This document shows positions 55,874-64,000 of a stretch of 64,000 bases of DNA, one piece after another; position 1 is the first letter of the stretch; the number at the start of each line of letters is the position of its first letter. The DNA is taken from positions 10,801 to 74,800 of the IMG/VR virus record IMGVR_UViG_2571042740_000001. The stretch is one strand, 5' to 3'. The DNA comes from a virus (lineage: Duplodnaviria; Caudoviricetes). The position numbers and the translations under genes are program-made. The notes under the pieces were generated by a model. That model worked only from the letters and a program-made list of their open reading frames with translations. It had not been told where the DNA came from and ran no database searches.

Positions 55874-55934
55874 AAGCTTTTCCTTTCTGTGCGGCCTTGC
55901 GGCCAATGTATTATCGTGAGGAGCATCAAGGCCT

Positions 55935-55973
55935 CTCATATACTGTCGTGGGAGTAGTCAAATTTTCGGTATC
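55935..55973 (-). promoter_or_regulatory. 39-bp phage operon-upstream element, copy 2
   Basis: Matches 43410-43448. Confidence 0.7.
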
Positions 55974-55995
55974 GACTAAAATTTTTATGTTTTGA

Positions 55996-56703
55996 TCAAT
56001 CAAGAATGCCTTTTGCTTTAGCAAGTGCATACTTCATATGCTGATGAACGGTTGATACACGGCAGCTCAGAATTTCGGCGATTTCTTCAATTGTCATGCA
56101 ATCTCTGTAATACATGATGAACACTTTACGCTGCTTCTCCGTCATCGCAGCCAGCATTTCTTCTCTGGTCTCACGACGTTCAACGGCATCCTGCGGATTC
56201 TCACCCATGCGTCCGTCGTACCAGTTGAAGGCTCTGCGAAAAGGGTCTGCTACCGCCAGTTCCATATCACCGTCCTTATCTCCGTTGTCTGCGCTGTCAT
56301 AATCTGTGGTGTCCTTGCGGCTGCCGGTGCGGTTCATGCTGTTTGCCTCGATGCGGTGGTCGCCGATCAGTGTCACTGCTAGGATCCACGGCTGTGCAGA
56401 GAGAAAGCCGTCCGGCAGTTCGTAGGTCTCTCTGAAGGTGTCCTTTTCCGAATCTCTCAGCTTATTAAAATAGAAAGTGAAGCTTTTGCAGTACGGCAGC
56501 CACACAACTGTGCGTCCGGTGATATTCTGATAGATTGCAAAGCCGTTGCTGAACAGTGTGCAGTCGTTTGTTTCTGCGATCGGATCACCGGCGGTCTCAA
56601 ACAGCTCTTTCGGTGTCGGAGTCTTGCCGGACTTTTCAGCAAGGTCGAGGAAGGTGAGCAGTTCTCCGAGGGTGGTCTTATCTGTTACTGTGATCGTATT
56701 CAT
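55996..56703 (-). CDS. Sigma-70 region 4 domain protein (phage sigma-like activator)
   Basis: MTEKQRKVFIMYY...TIEEIAEIL....STV..H...A. Confidence 0.85.
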   Translation of the reverse strand: MNTITVTDKTTLGELLTFLDLAEKSGKTPTPKELFETAGDPIAETNDCTLFSNGFAIYQNITGRTVVWLPYCKSFTFYFNKLRDSEKDTFRETYELPDGFLSAQPWILAVTLIGDHRIEANSMNRTGSRKDTTDYDSADNGDKDGDMELAVADPFRRAFNWYDGRMGENPQDAVERRETREEMLAAMTEKQRKVFIMYYRDCMTIEEIAEILSCRVSTVHQHMKYALAKAKGILD

Positions 56704-56706
56704 AGC

Positions 56707-57010
56707 CGTTCCTTTCCGCAAGGAACGCACTCGCGGCAGATGCTCCTACTGCGTAAAAGGCACGCAGGCAGACGATGTCCACACGGAATACAGCCGCGGT
56801 CTGTACAGACCACAAGTCCTACTGCATTCCGTTATGAGCATCTGTCCGCCAATGCGCGCCTTGACTAACAAATGTGATTTTTTATGCTTCGGTATAAGAA
56901 TAGCCGGATGCATACAGAGGGAGAACATACAGCCGGTCTGTCGTCCACAGGGTATAGCTGTGGCATTGAGACGTTAGCTGTATGAACATCCGCTACCGTA
57001 TGCATCCGGC
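56707..57010 (-). ncRNA. Candidate structured leader RNA (two related multi-stem domains plus an SD-sequestering hairpin)
   Basis: Nested stems 56733-56849 and 56903-57010; cgttcctt/aaggaacg hairpin over the SD. Confidence 0.5.
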
Positions 57011-57277
57011 AGTGAGGTGTTTTTTACAGTCCCGTAGGCTGATGCCTGTCCTTGACTGTGTCTATATCATAACATATCCGAATTTTCTTTTACATACATA
57101 AAAAATGGGGGCTGTTTTTTATGCACTGTGCTTGTATCGCCCTCTTGCATTAGTCCGTAGTTGTTCGCATTATCTAAATTAGATGGATATTATATGAACA
57201 TTCTATTTCTAAACTGTTTCAAAAACGCAAATCGCCCCCATTTTTTCCGGGGGCTGCATAAAATTATTTCAGGGTAT

Positions 57278-57303
57278 AAAAAAGGAGGCTCGAAAGCCTC
57301 CTG
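57278..57303 (-). terminator. Intrinsic terminator of the ImmA-like gene
   Basis: AGGAGGC-TTTCGA-GCCTCCT followed by a T-run on the minus strand. Confidence 0.8.
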
Positions 57304-57315
57304 AAAATGTCGTTT

Positions 57316-59244
57316 TTACATACTTTTCTTAGCGTACCGCTTCTTTTCCTCACAGTCTCTCGTCCACGGCGTAAAGCCTTCTGCCTTCAGCAGATCATTG
57401 ATCTGGTATACATTTGCCTTCGGCATCAGCTCGAAAATTGTCACATACAGCCGGTGGGCAGGATTACCCATGTCGAATTCGACTTTTGCCTTCTGCATAA
57501 GGTCAAGACGGAACGACTCCTCAAGCTCCAAAGCTACACAGAATGCCAGCACCGTTTCAAGCTTCACTTTCTTGCCGCTGCGCATCTTGTTGACAGTGTT
57601 CACGCCCATACCGCTGCGGTCTGCGACCTGATCTGAGGTAACACCGCATCTTTCCATATGGAATCGCACCGCCTTGCCGAATTCGTTGACAGCTGAAGGA
57701 ACGGCGAGCTTATCGTTTTCTTCAGATATCTCATACATTGCCATGCGGATCTTCTTTCGCTGCTCATCGCTGAACGAACGATTCTCAGCTGTGATCTCTG
57801 TCAATTCGTCCTTATGCAGCTCGCCATAGGTATAGCTGTAGTCAAATTCTGCATAGACACGTTTGAAATCCAGACAGCACTCTGCCATATGATGTCTTGC
57901 ATACTCGGTCAAGCCCATAGCGATACCGTGTTCCTTGCGGATATACCTGTCGCTGTTGATGATAACATGACCGTCCAGATATATGAACTTCTTGGAACGG
58001 ACAAGCTCTGCGAAGGTATCGCAGGATGCAAATACATCGGAGATGTGACTGAACGACAGCGTATAGGTATAATCATCCGGGAATCTCAGCTCTACATCGT
58101 AGTCCTCGACATATCCTGTGGTGTTGTAGACATACACACCGCGTACTTCCGGCCACCCCAGTTCAACGATACGCTTCTTCGCAGCATTGCGGGATACTCC
58201 GAACTTCCATTTTACAAGATCGATCAGTTCTCTGTAATCGTCCCAATCAGGCTCGCCGGGGAGCTTCTCAAAGAAGTTCAGAATGACCTCGGACGCCTGT
58301 TCCTCCGGCATCTGAATGAAGCGCGGGATCGCATTTGCCTGCGTTTCCATCCATTTCAGGCAACTGCGTTGTGTTTTGGAGTAAAAATAGTCATTGAACT
58401 CCGGCATCTTCCTGCCGACCATTTTCCGATAATAGCTCTGCAGCTCATAGAACAGGTTGTGAAGGTAAGCGTGAACGCACTCATGAATAATAGCGTTCTG
58501 AGCTTCTTCCTCCTCCAGAGACTCATCCACAAGGATCGTAGGACCGCCAATTTTCATTTTGATTGCTTTGCCGTCCTTATCATAGACGGTCGTATCCCGC
58601 TTATCAAGGATCAGTTTGGACTTGACCTTGCCGTTTTTTGAAAGACGGGCATACTTTATGTCAAGACCCATAAACCTCGCAATCACAAATGTATTGATGC
58701 AGCCTGGATAATTCGATTTATAGGGATAAAAGCCGTCAAATATCTCCTGAGCTATGCTCTCAAAATCCTTCTTTGAAAGGATAGGCACCAGAAATTCATC
58801 CAGAGGATTATTCAGTCGGATAAACTGCCCGTTGTATATTTCTGCATCACACAGAAAATCCGATCCGCCGTTGGAGCAGTAATAACCGTGTACGATATAT
58901 TTCTGACACTGCCTGTACCCGTTCATATCGAACACGACATTGCAGATCACATACATATCAAAGGAATCGTGGTCTATGCGGTCATATCTGCCTTCCTCTA
59001 TGATGACAGTTTCGATATCGGCCTCCCTCGGAACACCCCACGGCAGCGGGAGCTGACGATAGTAGTGTAGTTCACGGATGTGTCGGCCATACTCCAGTGT
59101 GTAGTTCCATTTGAGAAAATCGGTGAAGGACACGATCTCCGGAAGTTCCCCATGCCAGTCCGGGTTACGGATCACTTTGTACTGCCCCGGATGCAGCTTG
59201 TCGGGAATCGTGAGAAAAGGTCCTCTGTCAAGGTATATAGTCAT
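57316..59244 (-). CDS. ImmA/IrrE-like metallopeptidase domain + C-terminal XRE HTH
   Basis: IIHECVH (HExxH), WMETQAN; TSDQVADRSG..VNTV..MR HTH. Confidence 0.82.
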   Translation of the reverse strand: MTIYLDRGPFLTIPDKLHPGQYKVIRNPDWHGELPEIVSFTDFLKWNYTLEYGRHIRELHYYRQLPLPWGVPREADIETVIIEEGRYDRIDHDSFDMYVICNVVFDMNGYRQCQKYIVHGYYCSNGGSDFLCDAEIYNGQFIRLNNPLDEFLVPILSKKDFESIAQEIFDGFYPYKSNYPGCINTFVIARFMGLDIKYARLSKNGKVKSKLILDKRDTTVYDKDGKAIKMKIGGPTILVDESLEEEEAQNAIIHECVHAYLHNLFYELQSYYRKMVGRKMPEFNDYFYSKTQRSCLKWMETQANAIPRFIQMPEEQASEVILNFFEKLPGEPDWDDYRELIDLVKWKFGVSRNAAKKRIVELGWPEVRGVYVYNTTGYVEDYDVELRFPDDYTYTLSFSHISDVFASCDTFAELVRSKKFIYLDGHVIINSDRYIRKEHGIAMGLTEYARHHMAECCLDFKRVYAEFDYSYTYGELHKDELTEITAENRSFSDEQRKKIRMAMYEISEENDKLAVPSAVNEFGKAVRFHMERCGVTSDQVADRSGMGVNTVNKMRSGKKVKLETVLAFCVALELEESFRLDLMQKAKVEFDMGNPAHRLYVTIFELMPKANVYQINDLLKAEGFTPWTRDCEEKKRYAKKSM

Positions 59245-59444
59245 TTACGCCCTCCTGTTTTCGCGACTTGTGTTTCTTTGATACTGTCCCTATCTCTTGT
59301 TCTGTATCTCTCTATATATAGTGGCGAAGTGGTTTGATGGCGAAGTTGACGGTATTCTGAGCATAAACGGGATGAGCTTGTCCTGCCGCACACCGAAGGC
59401 AGATCGATGTCTCGTTTTTCCCCGGGCGGAATACCGATATTGCC

Positions 59445-59515
59445 ATTATATCACACTCTCAAACGAAATGCAAGCACAATTTTAAGTTGACAAAACACTG
59501 ATAGTGTGCTATAAT
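59445..59515. promoter_or_regulatory. Back-to-back divergent sigmaA promoters (genetic switch)
   Basis: Minus: TTGCAT-N17-TATAAT (59445-59473); plus: TTGACA-N17-TATAAT (59487-59515); both spacers end GA.AGTGTG. Confidence 0.8.
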
Positions 59516-59677
59516 GTAGTCAAAGATACAATGCCTACGGCATTTTTTGTAGTTCTAACAATTTTGGCGTTGAAAAGTCTTTGATAAACTTTGTAGAGTT
59601 GCACAGATTTCAATAAGAATATTTGTTCGTTTTGGAAATTGACATTTATCAGGTTTTGCTGAAGGGAGAGCTTTGTT

Positions 59678-60559
59678 ATGAAGCAGCATAAAAAATCGAA
59701 TATCTCAGTCTCACAGGGGAGGGAGGAAAGTGCAGGGAAAAAGAGTAATATCTCTGATCCTGCACACCGAAAGGATGCTCATGCTGTCGGAGGACGCATC
59801 AAGTACTACAGGGAGCGTCAAAAAATAGATCAGAAAGTGATCGCAGAAAAGATCGGCGTGACCTCTAATGCTATCAGTAACTGGGAGAACGGAAGAACAC
59901 GCCCGGATTTCAGTGTTGTTCCCAAGCTCTGTGAAGCACTTGGTATCACGCTGTATGAACTATATGGCATTGAAAACAAGCAAGATACCTATACGGATAA
60001 GGAGAAGTCTATGGTAGAGAGATACCGTGGACTGTCGTATCCACACCAGCTTGCAGTTGACAGCCTGCTCTCTTCGCTTGAGACAGCAGAAACCGTTGGC
60101 AGCTTCCCGGAAATTATCAAACTGGTATGCTGCGACAAGGGGCTTGCTGCAGGCTTTGACGTTGGTGCTGAGTTTGAGGATCACGGGACGCCGATCTATC
60201 TGTATCCGAATACGAACGCAGCAATACGACAGGCAGACCTTGTATTTCCGGTCAACGGAGACAGTATGGAACCTGAGTACCACGATGGCGACCTTGTTCT
60301 TGTGGAGAAGTATCCCGGCTGTCCTGAACTGCAATACGGCGAGGTCGGAGCCTTTATGGTGGGCAACAGTACATATATAAAGATATATGAAGAGGAAGGT
60401 CTGGTTTCGTATAATGAAATATATGATACTATGACGTTCACAGAATATGACAATGTCATTTTGATCGGGCGTGTTCTCGGTATCCTTGAACCTGCATCCA
60501 TAGCAAGCAAGAGAGATGCTGAGCGATACGACGCCATGCACGAGGACGATGAGGAGTAA
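59678..60559 (+). CDS. XRE HTH + S24 peptidase (CI/LexA-like) repressor
   Basis: IAEKIGVTSNAISNWENG; AAG cleavage site; VNGDSMEP; YIK. Confidence 0.92.
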   Translation: MKQHKKSNISVSQGREESAGKKSNISDPAHRKDAHAVGGRIKYYRERQKIDQKVIAEKIGVTSNAISNWENGRTRPDFSVVPKLCEALGITLYELYGIENKQDTYTDKEKSMVERYRGLSYPHQLAVDSLLSSLETAETVGSFPEIIKLVCCDKGLAAGFDVGAEFEDHGTPIYLYPNTNAAIRQADLVFPVNGDSMEPEYHDGDLVLVEKYPGCPELQYGEVGAFMVGNSTYIKIYEEEGLVSYNEIYDTMTFTEYDNVILIGRVLGILEPASIASKRDAERYDAMHEDDEE

Positions 60560-60564
60560 AATCT

Positions 60565-61122
60565 ATGGCAAAACTGATATTCCGTTATGGTGCGATGGGC
60601 AGCTCCAAGACCGCCAATGCGCTGATGGTGCGATATAACTACTATGAACGCGATAAGAAGGTTGTCCTTCTGAAGCCCCGATGTGAGGACAGGGATGGTG
60701 CAAAAGTGATAAAGTCCCGTATTGGTCTGGAGGAACCCTGCGAATTTGCAGAGGATTTTCTTGAAAACTATAGCGGTGAGCATTATGACTGCATTATCGT
60801 TGACGAAGTACAGTTCCTTGCGCCGGAGATCATTGACAGGCTCAGCGATCTTGTCGATACCTACGGCATCACCGTTATCTGCTACGGCCTGCGGACAGAC
60901 TTCCAGAGTCATCTGTTTCCCGGAGCACAGCGGCTCATGGAGCTTGCAGACGATATTGAGCAGATACGGACGATTTGCTGGTGCGGCAAGCGGGCGCATT
61001 TCAATGCAAGGCTGCTGAACGGTGAGATGGTCACAGAGGGCGAACAGGTACAGCTCGGCGGCAACGAGAGCTATATTTCGCTTTGCAGGAAACACTATAA
61101 GCAGAGAAAGATCGAGGGCTGA
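60565..61122 (+). CDS. tdk: Thymidine kinase
   Basis: YGAMGSSKT, VDEVQF, YGLRTDF, ICWCG, YISLCRKH. Confidence 0.93.
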   Translation: MAKLIFRYGAMGSSKTANALMVRYNYYERDKKVVLLKPRCEDRDGAKVIKSRIGLEEPCEFAEDFLENYSGEHYDCIIVDEVQFLAPEIIDRLSDLVDTYGITVICYGLRTDFQSHLFPGAQRLMELADDIEQIRTICWCGKRAHFNARLLNGEMVTEGEQVQLGGNESYISLCRKHYKQRKIEG

Positions 61123-61136
61123 AAGGTCGTGATTAT

Positions 61137-61769
61137 ATGTGTACTCGCTTTTATGTGGAGCCTGCATATTACGCTCCAATTATCACCAGAGCGCAGAAAC
61201 TGAAGTTAGCAGATGATATGATGAGGCATCTCGGTAAGCCGCTGACCATGTCCGGCGAGATGCGACCGACCGATGTCACCGCCGTTCTTGCGCCGAATAA
61301 AGAAGGCAGGGTTGCAGTTTTCCCAATGATATGGGGCTTCAGCCACGAAGCAACTGATGCACCGATAGTCAACTGCCGCCTTGAAACAGCAAGTCAGAAG
61401 GAAATGTGGAAGGACTCATGGTTCCGGCGGCGGTGCGTGATTCCCTGTAGCTGGTATTTTGAGTGGGAACACTTCAGAAGCCCGGATGGGAAACGTTCTA
61501 AGGTCGGCGATAAGTATCTGATACAGCCGAAAGACAGCCATACGACTATGCTGGCGGGATTATATCGGTTTGAGGAGCGTAATGGGCTGCAGGTTCCTGT
61601 TTTCTCAGTTCTCACACGGTATGCTATTGGCGAGCTGAGAGAAATTCATGATAGGATGCCCATGATACTGCAGCGAGAGGATGTTGAAAGCTGGATAAAG
61701 CCCAACGGAAATCCGCAGGAGGTTAGCCGGAGAGCTTTGACAGAGATGTGTTTTGAAAAAACAGGATAA
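61137..61769 (+). CDS. SOS response-associated peptidase (SRAP/HMCES family)
   Basis: MCTRF start, NCRLET, YFEW, IHDRMP. Confidence 0.9.
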   Translation: MCTRFYVEPAYYAPIITRAQKLKLADDMMRHLGKPLTMSGEMRPTDVTAVLAPNKEGRVAVFPMIWGFSHEATDAPIVNCRLETASQKEMWKDSWFRRRCVIPCSWYFEWEHFRSPDGKRSKVGDKYLIQPKDSHTTMLAGLYRFEERNGLQVPVFSVLTRYAIGELREIHDRMPMILQREDVESWIKPNGNPQEVSRRALTEMCFEKTG

Positions 61770-61995
61770 AATTAAGGCTCTATGCTGTGACACCTTTTTG
61801 GAATCATGGCACAGAGCCTTGTTTTGCTTGACAATTGCTCGATATTGTCAGCAAAGATGCGCTTGCGGTTGAGTACTATACATTTACTTTTTAGACGAAA
61901 AAGTGCGGATCGTGTATTGAAAAAATCAGCGGATTGTGCTATAATAACCAATATAATACATGGCTATAAGCATAGTTTTAAGAGGTGTAAATACT

Positions 61996-63501
61996 ATGGC
62001 TGAAAAGAATACCGCCAATATTGGCTTTGAAAAGCAGATCTGGGACGCTGCCTGCGTATTGTGGGGGCATATTCCGGCTGCCGAATACAGAAAAGTTATC
62101 GTAGGACTGATCTTTCTGCGTTACATATCGAGTGCTTTTGAGAAGCGTTATAACGAACTTGTGGCTGAGGGTGACGGCTTCGAGGACGAGCCTGACGCAT
62201 ACCTTATGGACAATATCTTCTTCGTGCCTGAAAAGGCTCGTTGGTCTGTGGTGTCCGCTGCTGCTCACACTCCTGAGATTGGCTCTGTGATTGACGATGC
62301 TATGAGGGCTATTGAGGAAGAAAACAAGACCTTGAAGAATGTTCTGCCGAAGAATTATGCAAGCCCCGATCTTGACAAACGTGTTCTAGGTGATGTGGTC
62401 GATTTGTTCACCAATATGGATATGACCGACACTGAGGACAGCAAGGACTTGCTCGGTCGCACCTATGAATACTGTATCGCTCAGTTTGCTGCCTATGAAG
62501 GTGTCAAGGGCGGTGAGTTCTATACTCCGTCAAGCGTGGTTCGTACCCTTGTTGAGATACTGCGTCCGTTTGAGAACTGCCGTGTATATGATCCGTGTTG
62601 CGGTTCCGGCGGTATGTTCGTACAGAGTGCGAAATTTATTCAGGCGCATAGCGGAAACAGGGGCAATATCTCTGTTTACGGACAGGAATCCAATGCCGAT
62701 ACATGGAAAATGGCTAAAATGAATATGGCTATCCGGGGTATTGATGCGGATTTCGGACAGTATCATGCTGATACTTTCTTCAATGATCTGCACAAGACCC
62801 TGAAAGCCGACTTTATCATGGCAAATCCGCCCTTCAATCTCTCCAACTGGGGACAGGATAAGCTAAAAGACGATATTCGTTGGAAATACGGTGTCCCGCC
62901 TGCCGGAAACGCTAACTATGCGTGGATACAGCACATGATACACCACCTTGCACCGAATGGCAAGATCGGTCTGGTGCTTGCGAATGGTGCGCTGTCTACG
63001 CAGTCCAGCGGTGAGGGCGATATTCGTAAAAATATCATTGAAGCCGACTTGGTTGAGGGTATCGTGGCGATGCCGACACAGCTTTTCTACTCCGTCACTA
63101 TCCCTGTAACTCTGTGGTTCATCACAAAGGGCAAGAAGCAGAAAGGCAAAACGCTGTTCATTGATGCCCGTAAAATGGGCTATATGGTTGACCGCAAGCA
63201 CCGTGACTTCACAGACGAGGATATTCAGAAGCTCGCTGATACCTTCAAGGCATTCCAGGACGGCACATTAGAGGAAGTCAAGGGCTTCTGTGCGGTGGCT
63301 GACATTCAGGCTATCGCTGCACAGGATTATATTCTCACGCCAGGCCGCTATGTCGGCATTGAGGAGCAGGAAGATGACGGCGAGCCTTTTGACGAGAAGA
63401 TGAAGCGCCTGACTTCGGAGCTGTCGGAGATGTTCGCAAAGTCCCATGAGCTTGAAAACGAGATCAGGGAGAAGCTGGGGGCGATTGGGTATGACATTTG
63501 A
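61996..63501 (+). CDS. hsdM: Type I restriction-modification methyltransferase subunit
   Basis: GEFYTP, YDPCCGSGG, ANPPF, LTPGRY; upstream TTGAAA-N17-TATAAT promoter. Confidence 0.95.
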   Translation: MAEKNTANIGFEKQIWDAACVLWGHIPAAEYRKVIVGLIFLRYISSAFEKRYNELVAEGDGFEDEPDAYLMDNIFFVPEKARWSVVSAAAHTPEIGSVIDDAMRAIEEENKTLKNVLPKNYASPDLDKRVLGDVVDLFTNMDMTDTEDSKDLLGRTYEYCIAQFAAYEGVKGGEFYTPSSVVRTLVEILRPFENCRVYDPCCGSGGMFVQSAKFIQAHSGNRGNISVYGQESNADTWKMAKMNMAIRGIDADFGQYHADTFFNDLHKTLKADFIMANPPFNLSNWGQDKLKDDIRWKYGVPPAGNANYAWIQHMIHHLAPNGKIGLVLANGALSTQSSGEGDIRKNIIEADLVEGIVAMPTQLFYSVTIPVTLWFITKGKKQKGKTLFIDARKMGYMVDRKHRDFTDEDIQKLADTFKAFQDGTLEEVKGFCAVADIQAIAAQDYILTPGRYVGIEEQEDDGEPFDEKMKRLTSELSEMFAKSHELENEIREKLGAIGYDI

Positions 63502-64000
63502 AACAGTAAGGCTCGGTGATGTTGTCCTATTCAATCCTCGTGAAAGCATTAAAAAAGGCGTAATAGCAAAGAAAATTGATATGTCTGTTCTCCAACCTTT
63601 CACAAGAGATGTTCCGTCTTATGAGCTTTTAGAATATAAGGGCGGTACAAAATTCAGGAATGGCGATACGATTATGGCAAGAATAACTCCTTGCCTTGAA
63701 AATGGAAAAACCGCCAAAGTAAATGTGTTAGGGGATAATGAAGTCGGTTTCGGCTCTACGGAATATATAGTTTTTAGAGCAATAAACGGCATTTCAGACG
63801 AAGACTTTGTCTATTATCTTGTATGTAGCCCTATTGTGCGCGAGCCTGCAATAAAATCTATGGTGGGTTCATCAGGTAGGCAACGTGTTCAAACCGATGT
63901 GCTTCAAAACCTTGAAATCAATTTACCTGACTTAGAAACACAACAGATTATAGGCTCGGTTCTTAGGAGCATTGACGATAGAATATCCTTAAATACTGCG
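63491..64000 (+). CDS. hsdS: Type I R-M specificity subunit, 5' part (runs off the window; not in the ORF track)
   Basis: MTFETVRLGDV...ARITPCLENGK...GSTEY...GSSGRQRV...P..ETQQ.I; overlaps the hsdM stop. Confidence 0.9.
   Translation, partial: MTFETVRLGDVVLFNPRESIKKGVIAKKIDMSVLQPFTRDVPSYELLEYKGGTKFRNGDTIMARITPCLENGKTAKVNVLGDNEVGFGSTEYIVFRAINGISDEDFVYYLVCSPIVREPAIKSMVGSSGRQRVQTDVLQNLEINLPDLETQQIIGSVLRSIDDRISLNTA

Larger units (their letters stand above)
712..59244 (-). mobile_element. Prophage (long-tailed, HK97-type head, serine-recombinase integration module). Boundaries approximate; may extend through the repressor, tdk, SRAP and hsd genes on the right
   Basis: Complete co-oriented lysis, tail, head, packaging, replication and regulation modules with no obvious frameshifts. 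Confidence 0.93.

Overview
Almost the whole window (~0.7-59.3 kb, minus strand) is an apparently intact ~60 kb Firmicutes siphovirus prophage, probably from a Ruminococcus/Oscillospiraceae-like host. From left to right it carries four tandem large serine recombinases, a lysis module, a tail module, an HK97-type head/packaging module, a 13 kb accessory region between terS and the HNH/cos region, a replication module (MetK, primase-helicase, PemK, SNF2, VRR-NUC, DUF932, family A DNA polymerase, DUF2815, DUF2800), a sigma-like regulator and an ImmA/IrrE-like protein. A divergent plus-strand block follows (XRE-S24 repressor, tdk, SRAP, type I R-M hsdM/hsdS). The most unusual structure is non-coding. 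Seven near-identical sigmaA promoter modules (TTG[A/C]TA-N17-TAATAT) each drive a small cassette at 29.6-37.3 kb. Two ~100-nt hairpins inside this array carry bipartite sequence complementary to the 5' end and Shine-Dalgarno of the amidoligase mRNA. Also seen are a 39-bp element duplicated ahead of two phage operons, a tandem two-domain structured leader upstream of the sigma-like gene, and homologous promoters in front of the two recombinase pairs. All product calls come from recognising motifs by eye; no database search or folding computation was run, and att sites were not located.
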